A program made the position numbers and the translations under genes. DNA of 64,000 nucleotides from Candidatus Sumerlaeales bacterium (lineage in GTDB: Bacteria; Sumerlaeota; Sumerlaeia; Sumerlaeales; Sumerlaeaceae): assembly GCA_036675025.1 (NCBI GenBank), contig JAKFFN010000113.1, positions 5,337 through 69,336 on the forward strand, written 5' to 3'. Below the pieces are notes generated by a model, which worked only from the letters and a program-made list of their open reading frames with translations, did no database searches and was not told where the DNA came from. Below, one piece after another: positions 18,823 through 29,165 of the stretch; the first letter of the stretch is position 1, and the number at the start of each line of letters is the position of its first letter.

Positions 18823-21800
18823 ATGCTTAAAAATCTCCTGGGTAAGGTCTTCGGAAACAAGCAGGCCCGCGATATGAGACGAATTCGTCCCATCATAGAC
18901 GAGATCAACTCCTATTTCGAGGAATACCAGGGTCTTTCAGAGGAAGACCTCCGTGGTAAAACAGCCGAGTTCAAAAACCGTCTCACCGAAGGTGAGACTC
19001 TTGATGATCTTCTCCCCGAAGCCTTTGCTGTTATTAAAGAAACCTGCCGCCGGCATAAAGGTAAAACCTGGCCGGCTGCCGGTGTAGATATTACCTGGGA
19101 CATGGTTCCGTACGACGTGCAGATGGCGGGTGGCATAGCCCTGCATGAAGGTCGAATTGCCGAGATGGCAACCGGTGAAGGTAAAACCCTCGTAGCCGTT
19201 GCTCCGCTTTACCTCAATGCACTGGCAGGCCGCGGAACTCACCTGGTTACAGTTAACGATTATCTTGCCCGTCGCGATAGTGAGTGGATGGGCCCGATCT
19301 TCGAGTACCTTGGCCTCACTATCGGTTGTCTTGATTCTACCGAGCCGAACACTCTTGAACGTCGCGAGATGTACGAGCGCGACATCACTTACGGCACCAA
19401 CCACGAGTATGGCTTCGACTATCTTCGCGATAACATGGTGACAAGTCCGGACCAGGTAGTACAGCAGCGCGGTCACTTCTACGCCATCGTCGACGAAGTT
19501 GATAACATCCTGATCGACGAAGCCCGTACGCCGCTGATCATCAGTGGTCCTGTTGATCGCAGCACACACCGCTATGATGAAATTAAACCCGTAGTGTTCG
19601 ACCTGGTTAAGAAGCAGAATGAACTAACCAGTCGCTACATGACGGAAGTGGAAGAAGCGACCAAACGTGGGCCGTTGACCCGTGAAGAAGGCGTAAAATT
19701 GCTGCAGGTGCAGCGCGGACTTCCCAAGCAAAAACGATTGCTTAAGTTGAAGGCCGAGCCTGGCGTGCAGGGGCTCATTGAAAAAGTTGAACTGGAGTTC
19801 ATGGCTGAGAAGAAACTCCATGAACTGGATGAAGGCCTGTATTATACGGTGGATGAAAAAACCCACCAGATAGACCTCACTGAAAGAGGCCGAAACGAAC
19901 TTTCACCTTCAAATCCGAAACTGTGGGAATTGCCGGATATTGTTGAAGAGATTGCTGCAATTGAAGCCGGCGATTTTGAAATTATATACCTGAATGACGG
20001 CACAGAAGTGCTGCTGAACGGCACTGTCGCCCAGCGAAAGGGTATGAAGACTGCCGACGGCGGATACGAAATCCATCGTCATGATGGTATCCAGCGCATT
20101 GCTGCAGCCGATGTTGCCAAGGTTGTCTCGGGCGCAGACATTGATAAACCCGGACGTGAGCGATTCAAAGATGTAATTCGCACGGAAAACGGTGTACAGA
20201 CAGAGAAGCTTCATAACATCTCGCAGATGCTGAAGGCGTACAGCCTTTATGAGCGCGATGTTGAGTACGTGGTGCAGGAAAACAAGGTCATCATAGTTGA
20301 CGAGTTTACTGGCCGCCTTATGAATGGTCGCCGCTGGAGCGATGGTCTCCATCAGGCCGTAGAGGCAAAGGAAGGTGTGGAGATTGAAATCGAAACTCAG
20401 ACCCTGGCCACTGTAACCCTTCAGAATTTCTTCCGCCTCTATAAGAAGCTTTCCGGTATGACTGGTACCGCCGAAACCGAAGCCGGTGAGTTTGCCCATA
20501 CCTACGACATTGACGTGATGGTGGTTCCCACCAATCGCCGCATCAAACGGACTGATAACAACGATATTGTTTATAAAACGAAACGTGAAAAGTATAAAGC
20601 CGTAATTGATGAGATTGTCGCTTGCCATGAGAGGCAGCTGCCGGTTCTCGTCGGTACTGTAAGCGTCGAAGTGAGTGAGTTGCTGAGCCGCTATCTGAAA
20701 GCTCGCCGTATCCCGCACAATGTACTAAACGCCAAAGCACACCAGCGTGAAGCTGAGATCGTAATGGGCGCTGGACAGCCAGGCGCTGTTACCATTGCCA
20801 CGAACATGGCAGGTCGTGGTACCGACATTAAGCTGCACCCTGATGTTATCATACGCGATGACAACGGCGAAGGCGTGGATGGTGGTCTCCAGATTATCGG
20901 AACGGAACGCCATGAAAGCCGTCGTATTGACCGTCAGCTGCGCGGTCGTGCAGGCCGCCAGGGCGATCCCGGTTCATCGAAATTCTTTATCTCTCTCGAA
21001 GACGATCTGATGCGTCTGTTCGGCAGCGACCGCATTGTTCGCATTATGGATCGTCTTGGCCTTGAAGAGGGCGAAGACATTACGCACCCGCTGGTTACCC
21101 GTGCCATCGAAAGCGCACAGAAGAAGGTTGAAGCCCGTAACTTTGAGATCCGCAAACGCACGCTTGATTACGATAACGTAATGAACAAGCAGCGCGAAGC
21201 TATCTATAAGCTGCGCCGTTCGATTCTCCTGGGTGAAGATGTTCGTACGTTGATGCTGGATATCCACCTGCAAGCCATTGATAACCTGCTGACAGAGTTC
21301 ATGCCGGAGAGCACGCGGGAAGCCTGGGATGCAGAAGGATTCCTGGATCATCTGCAGCGCCATATCCCGTACGCAAACTTCAAGGAGCTCCAGGACCAGG
21401 TTGCCGGTGGCGACCGCGAATCCATACTGGATCTTGTTTCTGAGAAGCTGGAAGAAGCATACAATGCCAAGTCTGAGCAATTGGGTGAAGACCTGCTGGT
21501 ACGCCTGGCTCGTTACGTGGTGCTTCGCCGTATCGATGACAACTGGCGCGATCACCTTCTGGCTGTTGATGATTTACGTGAGAGCATTGGTTGGCGCGGT
21601 TATGCGCAGCTTGATCCGCTGGTTGAGTACCAGAAGGAAGCTTCCATTATGTTCGAGGAGCTCATGGGGAACATGCATAAGGAAGTTATGGAGCACTTCT
21701 TCCTTACACAGCCCGTGATGCAGGTGCAGGAGCCAGAGCATCAGATTGGGCCGATCCAGGCGCGTCAGGCTACTCTTGAAGAAGCGCTGCCTGAAGTGGC

Positions 21801-21966
21801 CGCTGAGGGCCAGGCCATTGATGAAATGGACGGTACTATCGGCCTTCCCCATGACAAGCAGGAGCCGGTACGCCGCGAACAAAAAGTTGGCCGCAATGAT
21901 CCATGCCCTTGTGGCAGCGGAAAGAAATATAAGAAATGCTGCGGGGCGACAGCCGACGTAGAGTAA
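18823..21966 (+). CDS. secA: Preprotein translocase ATPase SecA
   Basis: It is full length at 1047 aa. It has a Walker A (MATGEGKT), the DEAD-like DEVD motif and the C-terminal zinc finger [14 protein letters not shown]. Confidence 0.95.
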   Translation: MLKNLLGKVFGNKQARDMRRIRPIIDEINSYFEEYQGLSEEDLRGKTAEFKNRLTEGETLDDLLPEAFAVIKETCRRHKGKTWPAAGVDITWDMVPYDVQMAGGIALHEGRIAEMATGEGKTLVAVAPLYLNALAGRGTHLVTVNDYLARRDSEWMGPIFEYLGLTIGCLDSTEPNTLERREMYERDITYGTNHEYGFDYLRDNMVTSPDQVVQQRGHFYAIVDEVDNILIDEARTPLIISGPVDRSTHRYDEIKPVVFDLVKKQNELTSRYMTEVEEATKRGPLTREEGVKLLQVQRGLPKQKRLLKLKAEPGVQGLIEKVELEFMAEKKLHELDEGLYYTVDEKTHQIDLTERGRNELSPSNPKLWELPDIVEEIAAIEAGDFEIIYLNDGTEVLLNGTVAQRKGMKTADGGYEIHRHDGIQRIAAADVAKVVSGADIDKPGRERFKDVIRTENGVQTEKLHNISQMLKAYSLYERDVEYVVQENKVIIVDEFTGRLMNGRRWSDGLHQAVEAKEGVEIEIETQTLATVTLQNFFRLYKKLSGMTGTAETEAGEFAHTYDIDVMVVPTNRRIKRTDNNDIVYKTKREKYKAVIDEIVACHERQLPVLVGTVSVEVSELLSRYLKARRIPHNVLNAKAHQREAEIVMGAGQPGAVTIATNMAGRGTDIKLHPDVIIRDDNGEGVDGGLQIIGTERHESRRIDRQLRGRAGRQGDPGSSKFFISLEDDLMRLFGSDRIVRIMDRLGLEEGEDITHPLVTRAIESAQKKVEARNFEIRKRTLDYDNVMNKQREAIYKLRRSILLGEDVRTLMLDIHLQAIDNLLTEFMPESTREAWDAEGFLDHLQRHIPYANFKELQDQVAGGDRESILDLVSEKLEEAYNAKSEQLGEDLLVRLARYVVLRRIDDNWRDHLLAVDDLRESIGWRGYAQLDPLVEYQKEASIMFEELMGNMHKEVMEHFFLTQPVMQVQEPEHQIGPIQARQATLEEALPEVAAEGQAIDEMDGTIGLPHDKQEPVRREQKVGRNDPCPCGSGKKYKKCCGATADVE

Positions 21967-22079
21967 AACCTAAACTGCCGAACGGATGGGTAACCGGGAA
22001 CAACAATGCCGGCCCCATCCGCCGTCGGCTGCCGGATGCCACGCTGTGGGACCGTGCATTAATTGCAATTTTCTTTTTT

Positions 22080-22430
22080 GTGACTGGCGCCATTGCAACT
22101 GGTGCGCTCTACTGGTATCTATCACAGCCCGGATCAAACTCGGCTACCTACACGCGGCGCGGTCCGCATTCGCTGGTGATGCCGCTGGAATCCATGACTG
22201 GAGCCGAGGCCTCGACTCACTTTGTATTCGTATGCCTGGCCGGTGGGGTTGTTGCGGCTCTGGCCTATGTCTTGATTTCTGTACTGGATCCCTACGGCAC
22301 GACTGCGGCGGCCAAGGCAGAGAAAAAGCGCAAGCGCGACCGTTTCGAGTTCCTGAAGCAGGCTGGTTACCCGGTAGCTGAGCCTGACGACGAAACTGGC
22401 GAGGCGGGCGCACCTTCCCAGCCGAAATAG
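22080..22430 (+). CDS. Small two-TM membrane protein (hypothetical; start uncertain)
   Basis: The open frame lies downstream of secA. Two hydrophobic helices (IAIFFFVTGAIATGALYWY; VFVCLAGGVVAALAYVLISVL) are followed by a charged tail. There is no in-frame ATG, only GTG or CTG candidates. Confidence 0.3.
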   Translation: MTGAIATGALYWYLSQPGSNSATYTRRGPHSLVMPLESMTGAEASTHFVFVCLAGGVVAALAYVLISVLDPYGTTAAAKAEKKRKRDRFEFLKQAGYPVAEPDDETGEAGAPSQPK

Positions 22431-24344
22431 TTACCTGGCTTTTCCGCCACCCGGTGTCTCGAAATCTTTCCATTCATTAATCCCGGTGTTGCTTTGCAGT
22501 GTACCGGGACTGCCAGCTATGGCGGCATTTGCGTTGCCAGGAGTAATGGTTCGGACGCGCCACAATCCGGAAGGTGTCAAACTACCGTCTGGTGAATTGC
22601 TTACTATCGGGAAACCCCAGTTGCCGCTGTTCGGCAGTGCCTGCGGCACACGGTGCGCCGCTCGATCCACAGCAAAATCAGCCGCGCTGCCAACCCTGTC
22701 CGGGGCAAATGCATCTATAACTAGATCGGTGCTGCTCCGGTAAATATCATAGCAGTCATTTCCATTATGAGCAATATTTAAATCGGTCCCGTCTGGTGCA
22801 AATCCAAAAGCTGTCTGGAAATCTGAACTGTTATTCGCGAGTACATAAAAATCACCTGCGTCGATGGATCCTGTCGTAAGGGCTATATTTGTGGGTGCGA
22901 AGTTGCCATTCGTAAACCGCCGCAGCGATATTCCCGACGTTGCCAGGTTGATTGTTTGTGTCGTGTTATTATACAACTCCAAGTACTTTAGGTTTCCCTG
23001 GCTGCCTTCGAACACTTCAGATATTACCAGTCCAGCAAGAGGTTCACTGGTAATACCGATCTCAAACTCGTTGCTTGCGATCGGCCCGTACGGCGCGATG
23101 TTGTCTTGCCCACCATTGGCAGACAATTCTATGCCATCATCAGAAAGAGAAACGCCGACAGTTGCACCGGCAGTGGACCAAACAGGTATATCAACTGTCA
23201 CAAGGATCGGGTTAGATCCCGTCGCAAGGTAAAAAGGGTGGCTTAATGCGAGCGAAGCTATCCCACCGGTAAATGAGCCGCTTGCCAGCCGTGAATCTTC
23301 CGGACCGACTTCTCCATCGGCGTCCACATCATACCAAAGCTCGATCTGGCTTACTTCATTATCCGCTATGGTCCCCACCTTATAAAAAGTCAACACCGCC
23401 AGGTGAACTTCCTGGCCCACGGTTTCTGTGGGGAGCCGCAGCACTGGCACATTCGCTGTACCGGCAGCAATGGTGCGCGTAGCGGGTCGATCGGCTGCGA
23501 GGGTCAACGTATTATTATCCTGCGGCGTCCAAGCCGGACCACCAAACACATCATCCACCCATTCCGGATGGTCCACAAAGGGATTCGCGTTCTGCTGATA
23601 GCGATAGGCTTTATAGTTACGCGCACGTTCTTCGGCGGTCGGTGGAAACTGCCGGTGCCAGTTCAGCAGCGTAGTTAAAAATGCCATCTGTCCGGCTCCC
23701 GTTCCACCGGGATAGGAATTAGTTACTGTAAGGTTCGGCTCGCCGTTTAATCCCTCATACCGCACATCCATGTAAAGAACGGCCCGCGCCGCCCGCCCCT
23801 TGTCCACGTCTGCCGGTTCAAATACACTGGACGTGGCTTTATTTCCGAACACATCCTGGTAAGTGGGCGCAGTAACTACATCATACGGAGAATTACTGCG
23901 TCGGCTGTTTACGTCAGTATCTGATGGGTATAGCGCATGCACATCGCTGCGCATTGGCTCATCCTGGTTAAAGAATGACTGCGGAAACATATGCTCCCGA
24001 TTCCAGCCGCCCATGGAAGGCGAGCCATCAGCATCTGTGCCGGATATCTTTGCCCGCACATCCCCACCATAGATCAGCCGCACGTGATCTGCCGATGTGG
24101 TTGCTTCGTCGATGTCGCGTAGCGGTTCCCAGGTGTTGTCATAGCCCAATTGAAGTACGCCAGCCGATAACGTGGCGTTCAGGGTACTCCGCAGTAATGA
24201 GGCTGTCGATGTGTTAACGTCGTCATAATAAGCAGGGGATAGGCCGCAGCAACCGGCGCCTGCACTAAGGCTGAGTAGTACAATGGTACCAGCACTAGCC
24301 AGATACCTCAGCGGGTTGATCTGCTTATTTGTGCTCACATTCAT
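22431..24344 (-). CDS. Secreted endonuclease I-family nuclease fused to a lamin-tail domain (LTD)
   Basis: It has a signal peptide. An Endonuclease_1 block (WNREHMFPQS) is present. The C-terminal LTD signature is LVISEVFEGSQGNLKYLELYNNT. Confidence 0.7.
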   Translation of the reverse strand: MNVSTNKQINPLRYLASAGTIVLLSLSAGAGCCGLSPAYYDDVNTSTASLLRSTLNATLSAGVLQLGYDNTWEPLRDIDEATTSADHVRLIYGGDVRAKISGTDADGSPSMGGWNREHMFPQSFFNQDEPMRSDVHALYPSDTDVNSRRSNSPYDVVTAPTYQDVFGNKATSSVFEPADVDKGRAARAVLYMDVRYEGLNGEPNLTVTNSYPGGTGAGQMAFLTTLLNWHRQFPPTAEERARNYKAYRYQQNANPFVDHPEWVDDVFGGPAWTPQDNNTLTLAADRPATRTIAAGTANVPVLRLPTETVGQEVHLAVLTFYKVGTIADNEVSQIELWYDVDADGEVGPEDSRLASGSFTGGIASLALSHPFYLATGSNPILVTVDIPVWSTAGATVGVSLSDDGIELSANGGQDNIAPYGPIASNEFEIGITSEPLAGLVISEVFEGSQGNLKYLELYNNTTQTINLATSGISLRRFTNGNFAPTNIALTTGSIDAGDFYVLANNSSDFQTAFGFAPDGTDLNIAHNGNDCYDIYRSSTDLVIDAFAPDRVGSAADFAVDRAAHRVPQALPNSGNWGFPIVSNSPDGSLTPSGLWRVRTITPGNANAAIAGSPGTLQSNTGINEWKDFETPGGGKAR

Positions 24345-24403
24345 TACAGACCCCTGCAGTACGTGTATAAATCAGGCCACTAATAAAGATGAAAAGTTCA
24401 TAA

Positions 24404-24451
24404 AATAGGGAAAAGGCCGGGCTGCCTTCAGCATTCTTGATATTCCCTATT
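24404..24451. promoter_or_regulatory. Inverted repeat AATAGGGAA / TTCCCTATT in the divergent promoter region
   Basis: 9-bp perfect arms sit at 24404-24412 and 24443-24451, 22 nt before the ATG at 24474. Confidence 0.3.
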
Positions 24452-24473
24452 CTACTTCAGCATATGCCAAAAC

Positions 24474-25046
24474 ATGCATACACTTATTGTTTCTTCCAGC
24501 CTGAATCCCGAGAGTCGTAGCAACTACCTGGCGCGGCAGGCTGCCGACTGGCTTACCCATAACAATATTGACGTATCCCATATCCAGTTGAGCGGGAACG
24601 AGATGCCGGGATTCGACAATTCTGATCTGTTTGAATCAGCCATTTACCTGGACTATTACCAGCAGGCTCAGCTGGCTGATAATATTATTTTTGCCAGCCC
24701 GGTCTATAACTGGAGCATATGCTCTGAACTGAAGAAGTTTATAGAAATTGTGGGATCGACAGACGCAACCCGACAAAGCCCGTTCTTCGACAAGCTCATA
24801 TCGTTCATCTTTTCCGCCGGCCTGCCCCATAGCTATATGGTTATGGGAGGTATAGCTGTCCCGCTTATGTTGGATTTCCGGTGTGTTATTAATCCGCACC
24901 AGGCTTATTTGCATAACCGCGACTGGCAGGATAGCATCAGCCTGACTGCCGATGGTCGCACTAAGCTGGAGCGGATGTTGACAGCCCACGCAGAACTGGG
25001 CAGCCGGCTTCGTGGCTACGGAAATACAACGCTGTGGACTGTCTAG
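24474..25046 (+). CDS. NAD(P)H-dependent FMN reductase-family flavoprotein
   Basis: It has flavodoxin-like fold motifs (LIVSSSLNPESRS; FASPVYNWS). Confidence 0.7.
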   Translation: MHTLIVSSSLNPESRSNYLARQAADWLTHNNIDVSHIQLSGNEMPGFDNSDLFESAIYLDYYQQAQLADNIIFASPVYNWSICSELKKFIEIVGSTDATRQSPFFDKLISFIFSAGLPHSYMVMGGIAVPLMLDFRCVINPHQAYLHNRDWQDSISLTADGRTKLERMLTAHAELGSRLRGYGNTTLWTV

Positions 25047-25092
25047 AAATAGACTCACGAGTAAGTGAAAATGAAGGCATTTTACCCTTGCA

Positions 25093-25401
25093 GTGATGGC
25101 TTGGAGGATAGAACGGTTGTTCTATTGGCTAATGGTGATCAAGAACCCAAAAGGACGCGGCGCTGATGATAATCCCGGTAATCGCTTTGAGCGACTGCAT
25201 GTGGAACCCTATGATGAGGATCTGCTGCCGGATGACGTGACGGAAACGGTTCCGACAACGTATCTTGGAGTCGCCAGCAAGAGCGTTTTAACGACAAACG
25301 ACAGTCCGGATGTCGGCTTTCGCTACAGCGTTAACCCCTACTCAGGATGTTCCCACGCCTGCGCGTACTTTCAGTTGTTACACTGTTGCGACGGCTATTA
25401 A
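25093..25401 (+). pseudogene. Truncated radical SAM paralog (N-terminal ~100 aa only)
   Basis: It shows roughly 50% identity to the N-terminus of the intact radical SAM gene at 29166..30254 (NPKGRGADDNPGNRFE...TNDSPDVGFRYSVNPYSGC vs NPRGRGTPGNPQNRFE...KNDSPDVGFTWSINPYRGC). The CxxxCxxC cluster is degraded (CSHACAYFQ), and the frame ends right after. Confidence 0.5.
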
Positions 25402-25403
25402 GA

Positions 25404-25448
25404 AGCTCCTTCGTCCTTCCGAGGGACGAAGGAGCTACACGGTTTTGT
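25404..25448. terminator. Perfect 13-bp hairpin between convergent genes
   Basis: AGCTCCTTCGTCC-TTCCGAG-GGACGAAGGAGCT is followed by ACACGGTTTTGT on the + strand. It separates the pseudogene and the FG-GAP gene end at 25464. Confidence 0.6.
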
Positions 25449-25463
25449 AACTGTTGGGCGGAA

Positions 25464-28400
25464 CTAGTCGATCGTGAAGCTGCTTACGCTGACGGGGAGC
25501 GTTGCGGCTGCGCTTGAGACGTCAGGGGTCCATTCCAGCGAGAGTGGATTTTGGGAATTGGCATCCCACGCGCGGCTGCTGGCACTAGTTATATGCTTCA
25601 AGATGAGGGAATCGGCTCCCGTCGCATTGGCCGAACGTTCCACGCAAACGAAGAAGGTTTTCGTATTCGTGGCGGCTATCGACGTGGTAGCTGTCGCGGG
25701 AAGAAGTAACTGCAATTGCCCCAGCCAGTCAAGGTTCAGCAGTGTGGTACGCGCTACGATTGTGTCACTAGCCTGTTCGAACGAGCCTGAGGCATCGGTG
25801 TCGTGCCAAACCGAAATTGCAGAGACTAGGTAGTTTGCGCGGTTCGTGGACAACCTGTTACCCAACGAATCTGAAACGCCCAAATGAAAGCTGGACAGAT
25901 ATTCCAACGAATCGGTGGCGGACCCGTTATGAGTCGCGACAATCTTGAGCAGACTTGTGGTGGTGCCGGCGGCCAAACCCGCCGGAGCGACGCTAGTTGT
26001 CGCCAGCTTGAACTGCCCGCCGATATTAGGGAGCACCGAGACGTTATTCGATGAAGAGTTCGCCGCCGCGAGGTCTGCTTTGCTGTCGCCGTTAAAGTCA
26101 CCCACAGCGACGGACCAGGGAACCGTCCCCACGGAGAAGTTCGTCGCTGCGCCGAAGCTACCCGCGCCGTTGCCCAAAAGCACCGAGACGTTGTTCGAAT
26201 TCGCATTTACAGCGGCAAGGTCGACTTTGCCGTCGCCGTTAAAGTCACCCACCACAACGGACCGGGGGCTCGTCCCTGCGGAGAAGTTCGTCGCCGCGCC
26301 GAAGCCGCCCGCGCCGTTGCCCAAAAGCACCGAGACGTTGTTCGAATTCGCATTCACAGCGGCCAGGTCGGCTTTACCGTCGCCGTTAAAGTCACCCACC
26401 GCCACGGAATTGGGGCTGCTTCCGACGCTATAGTTCGTGGGGGGCCCGAAGCCGTCCGCGCCGTTGCCCAAAAGCACCGCAACGTTATTGGAGCTATTTT
26501 TCACCGTTGCGAGGTCGACTTTGCCGTCGTCGTTAAAGTCACCCACCGCGACGGACCAGGGGTTCGTCCCCACGAAGAAGTTAGTCGCCGCGCCGAAGCT
26601 GCCAGTGCCATTGCCTAAAAGCACCGAGACGTTGTCCGAATTCGCATTCACAGCCGCGAGGTCTGCTTTGCCGTCGCCGTTAAAGTCACCAACCGCAACG
26701 GAATTGGGGCTGCTTCCGACGCTATAGTTCGTGGAGGGCCCGAAGCCGCCCGCGCCGTTGCCCAAAAGCACCGAGACGTTGTTCGAATTCGCATTCGCAG
26801 CGGCGAGGTCCACTTTGCCGTCGGCGTTAAAGTCACCCACCGCGACGGAGCGAGGGCTCGTCCCCACGGAGAAGTTCATCGCAGTGCCGAGCGTAGCGCT
26901 GCGGTGGATTTGGTTGTTCAACAGCACCGATACGTTGTTTATGTTAAAGTTTGCAGCTACCAGATCCACCGCGCCGTCGGCGTTCAGGTCGCCAACAGCA
27001 ACGCCAAGGGGGGTCGTGCCCACACCCTGGCTGAGTGCTGCCTGAAAGGTGCCGTTGCCGTTACCGAGGAGGAATGACAGATTCGCACTCCCGGCGTTAG
27101 CTGTCACGAGATCGTCTTTGCCATCGGCATTCAAATCCGCAACGATCACGCGGTAAGGATTTGTTCCAGCGGGGTAACTGGTCGCCAAACCGAAAGTCCC
27201 GAAACCGCTACCGAGCAAAACCGACACGCTGTTCGATCCCTCGTTCGCTGTGGCAATGTCCACTTTGCCATCTCCGTTGAAGTCTCCAAGCGATGCCTGC
27301 CTGGGGTTTGTTCCGGTGGCATAAGTCAAAGCAGGGTTAAAAATGCCCTCGCCGATTCCCAGGTAGATGCCGACATTGTTTGATCCCTGATTCGCGACGA
27401 CGAGATCCTGCTTGCCGTCGCCGTTGAGGTCACCCGCAGCGACCGTATTGGGCGAGATGCCCGTATCGTAGTTGACTGGAGACGCAAAGGATCCGCTTCC
27501 ATCGCCTATCAGTACGGACATGGAGGAAACTCCGTTGGCCACTGCAAGGTCGGGCTTTCCATCGGAATTGAAGTCGCTTACAGCAAGGAACTGGGCGCCA
27601 GCGCCCGAGCTGAAGGAAGCGGCCGTTGCGAACCCGCCAGTTCCATTGCCGATGAGAACTGAGACGTTATTCGAGGTCATGTTTGCTGTCGCGAGGTCGG
27701 TTTTCCCATCACGGTTAAAGTCGCCGGAAACGATGGCGAACGGCCCTGTCCCGACCGAGAAGTTGGTACCCGGGCCGAAGGTTCCGTCGCCAGCGCCCAT
27801 GCGCACGGCGACGTTGTTTGCACCGTAATTGGCGACTGCGAGATCGCGTTTGCCGTCGCCGTTAAAATCGCCGAAGGTGACTGAGGAAGGGTTCGTTCCA
27901 GCGCCAACGGAAGTTGCAGCGCTAAACGTCGCGTCTGTCGGAGTGAAGGTTTGCAAGAGCACCGAGACCTGGTTTGTATAATTCGCCGTAACGAGGTCGG
28001 CCTTGCCGTCGCCGTTGAAGTCGCCCACCGCCACGGAATAGGAGAAGGTCCCGGCGCTAAAAGTCGTGCCGGATCCAAAGCTGCCAGCTCCGTTGCCCAG
28101 AAGTAGTGAGACAATATTGCCTGAAGAGAAGCTAACCGTGGCGAGGTCGGCCTTGCCGTCGCCGTTGAAGTCGCCCACCGCCACGGAAGTGGGGCTGCTT
28201 CCGACGCTAAAGTTCGTGGCGGATCCAAAGCTGCCGGCGCCGTTTCCCATGAGCACCGAGACGTTGCTGGACCAGTAGTTGGCCGTGGCGAGGTCTGCCT
28301 TGCCGTCGCCGTTGAAATCGCCCACCGCCACCGAAAACGGGGCGGTCCCAACGCTTAAGTTCGTGGCGGAGCCAAAGGCGCCGGCACCGTTGCCCAAGAG

Positions 28401-28991
28401 TACCGATACGGTATCCGAGCCATTATTGGCCGCGGCGAGGTCAGCCTTGCCGTCGTCGTTGAAGTCGCCCACCGCCACGGAATAGGGGTTGCTTCCGACG
28501 CTAAAGTTCGTGGGGGAGCCAAAGCTGCCGGCGCCGTTACCCAGCAGCACCGAGACATTACTAGAGCCATTGTTTGCAGTGGCGAGGTCGGGCTTACCGT
28601 CTCCGTTAAAGTCGCCCACCGCCACGGAATAGGGGTTGCTTCCGACGCTAAAGTTCGTGGCGGACCCGAAGCCGCCCGCGCCATTGCCCAGAAGCACCGA
28701 GACGTTATTTGAGTTAATGTTAGCCGTGGCGAGGTCGGCCTTCCCGTCGCCGTTGAAGTCACCTGCCGCCACGGAGCGCGGGGTGCTTCCGGCCGGAAAG
28801 TGTGTCGCCGCAGCAAAATTGACGCTGGCCGCCCTACATGAACATGAAACTGCCAAAATCCCGATAATTGTCAAAAGGGTGCTGAGCCTGCCACGTGAGG
28901 GTAGAATTGGATCAACAACAAACCGAACTGGGTACTTATCCTTCATTATCCAATTCTCCTGTGTATAAATGGAGGCAAGATCATCGGACAA
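25464..28991 (-). CDS. Secreted FG-GAP/VCBS-repeat protein (1175 aa)
   Basis: It has a signal peptide. More than 18 copies of a 49-aa unit (VAVGDFNGDGKADLA..AN..SNNVSVLLGNGAGSFG.ATNFSVG..P.S) occur. The C-terminal region is non-repeat. Confidence 0.85.
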   Translation of the reverse strand: MSDDLASIYTQENWIMKDKYPVRFVVDPILPSRGRLSTLLTIIGILAVSCSCRAASVNFAAATHFPAGSTPRSVAAGDFNGDGKADLATANINSNNVSVLLGNGAGGFGSATNFSVGSNPYSVAVGDFNGDGKPDLATANNGSSNVSVLLGNGAGSFGSPTNFSVGSNPYSVAVGDFNDDGKADLAAANNGSDTVSVLLGNGAGAFGSATNLSVGTAPFSVAVGDFNGDGKADLATANYWSSNVSVLMGNGAGSFGSATNFSVGSSPTSVAVGDFNGDGKADLATVSFSSGNIVSLLLGNGAGSFGSGTTFSAGTFSYSVAVGDFNGDGKADLVTANYTNQVSVLLQTFTPTDATFSAATSVGAGTNPSSVTFGDFNGDGKRDLAVANYGANNVAVRMGAGDGTFGPGTNFSVGTGPFAIVSGDFNRDGKTDLATANMTSNNVSVLIGNGTGGFATAASFSSGAGAQFLAVSDFNSDGKPDLAVANGVSSMSVLIGDGSGSFASPVNYDTGISPNTVAAGDLNGDGKQDLVVANQGSNNVGIYLGIGEGIFNPALTYATGTNPRQASLGDFNGDGKVDIATANEGSNSVSVLLGSGFGTFGLATSYPAGTNPYRVIVADLNADGKDDLVTANAGSANLSFLLGNGNGTFQAALSQGVGTTPLGVAVGDLNADGAVDLVAANFNINNVSVLLNNQIHRSATLGTAMNFSVGTSPRSVAVGDFNADGKVDLAAANANSNNVSVLLGNGAGGFGPSTNYSVGSSPNSVAVGDFNGDGKADLAAVNANSDNVSVLLGNGTGSFGAATNFFVGTNPWSVAVGDFNDDGKVDLATVKNSSNNVAVLLGNGADGFGPPTNYSVGSSPNSVAVGDFNGDGKADLAAVNANSNNVSVLLGNGAGGFGAATNFSAGTSPRSVVVGDFNGDGKVDLAAVNANSNNVSVLLGNGAGSFGAATNFSVGTVPWSVAVGDFNGDSKADLAAANSSSNNVSVLPNIGGQFKLATTSVAPAGLAAGTTTSLLKIVATHNGSATDSLEYLSSFHLGVSDSLGNRLSTNRANYLVSAISVWHDTDASGSFEQASDTIVARTTLLNLDWLGQLQLLLPATATTSIAATNTKTFFVCVERSANATGADSLILKHITSASSRAWDANSQNPLSLEWTPDVSSAAATLPVSVSSFTID
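25880..28800 (-). repeat. Intragenic tandem array of 147-bp (occasionally 156-bp) near-identical repeats
   Basis: I measured the periodicity from recurrences of the ...AGGTCGACTTTGCCGTCGCCGTTAAAGTCACCCACCGC... block at 26218, 26365, 26512, 26659 and 26806 (Δ=147). Confidence 0.8.
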
Positions 28992-29165
28992 TCAGGCATT
29001 GCCATTCGGATGAAATACCAGCACGCCTAAAAGTTCGGATGGATGGTTTAAGTCAATAGAATTATGAGGCGCGCAAATCTATGTGCGCCGAAGCTTATTG
29101 TCGTCAGCTTTGACTGCCGCGACATGGAACTTTTTTGTGCTTTTCCCTTGCGCCAAACATAGAAC

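Noticed and set aside
25945-28485. Series of plus-strand ORFs with reiterated PKxPAPLPKSTETLFEFAFTAARS peptides
   Set aside because: These are antisense translations of the 147-bp FG-GAP repeat units. The periodicity is inherited from the minus-strand gene.
25880-28800. Tandem repeats considered as a possible CRISPR or satellite array
   Set aside because: The units are 147 bp, contiguous without spacers, and in frame within a long ORF. They are coding repeats, not CRISPR.
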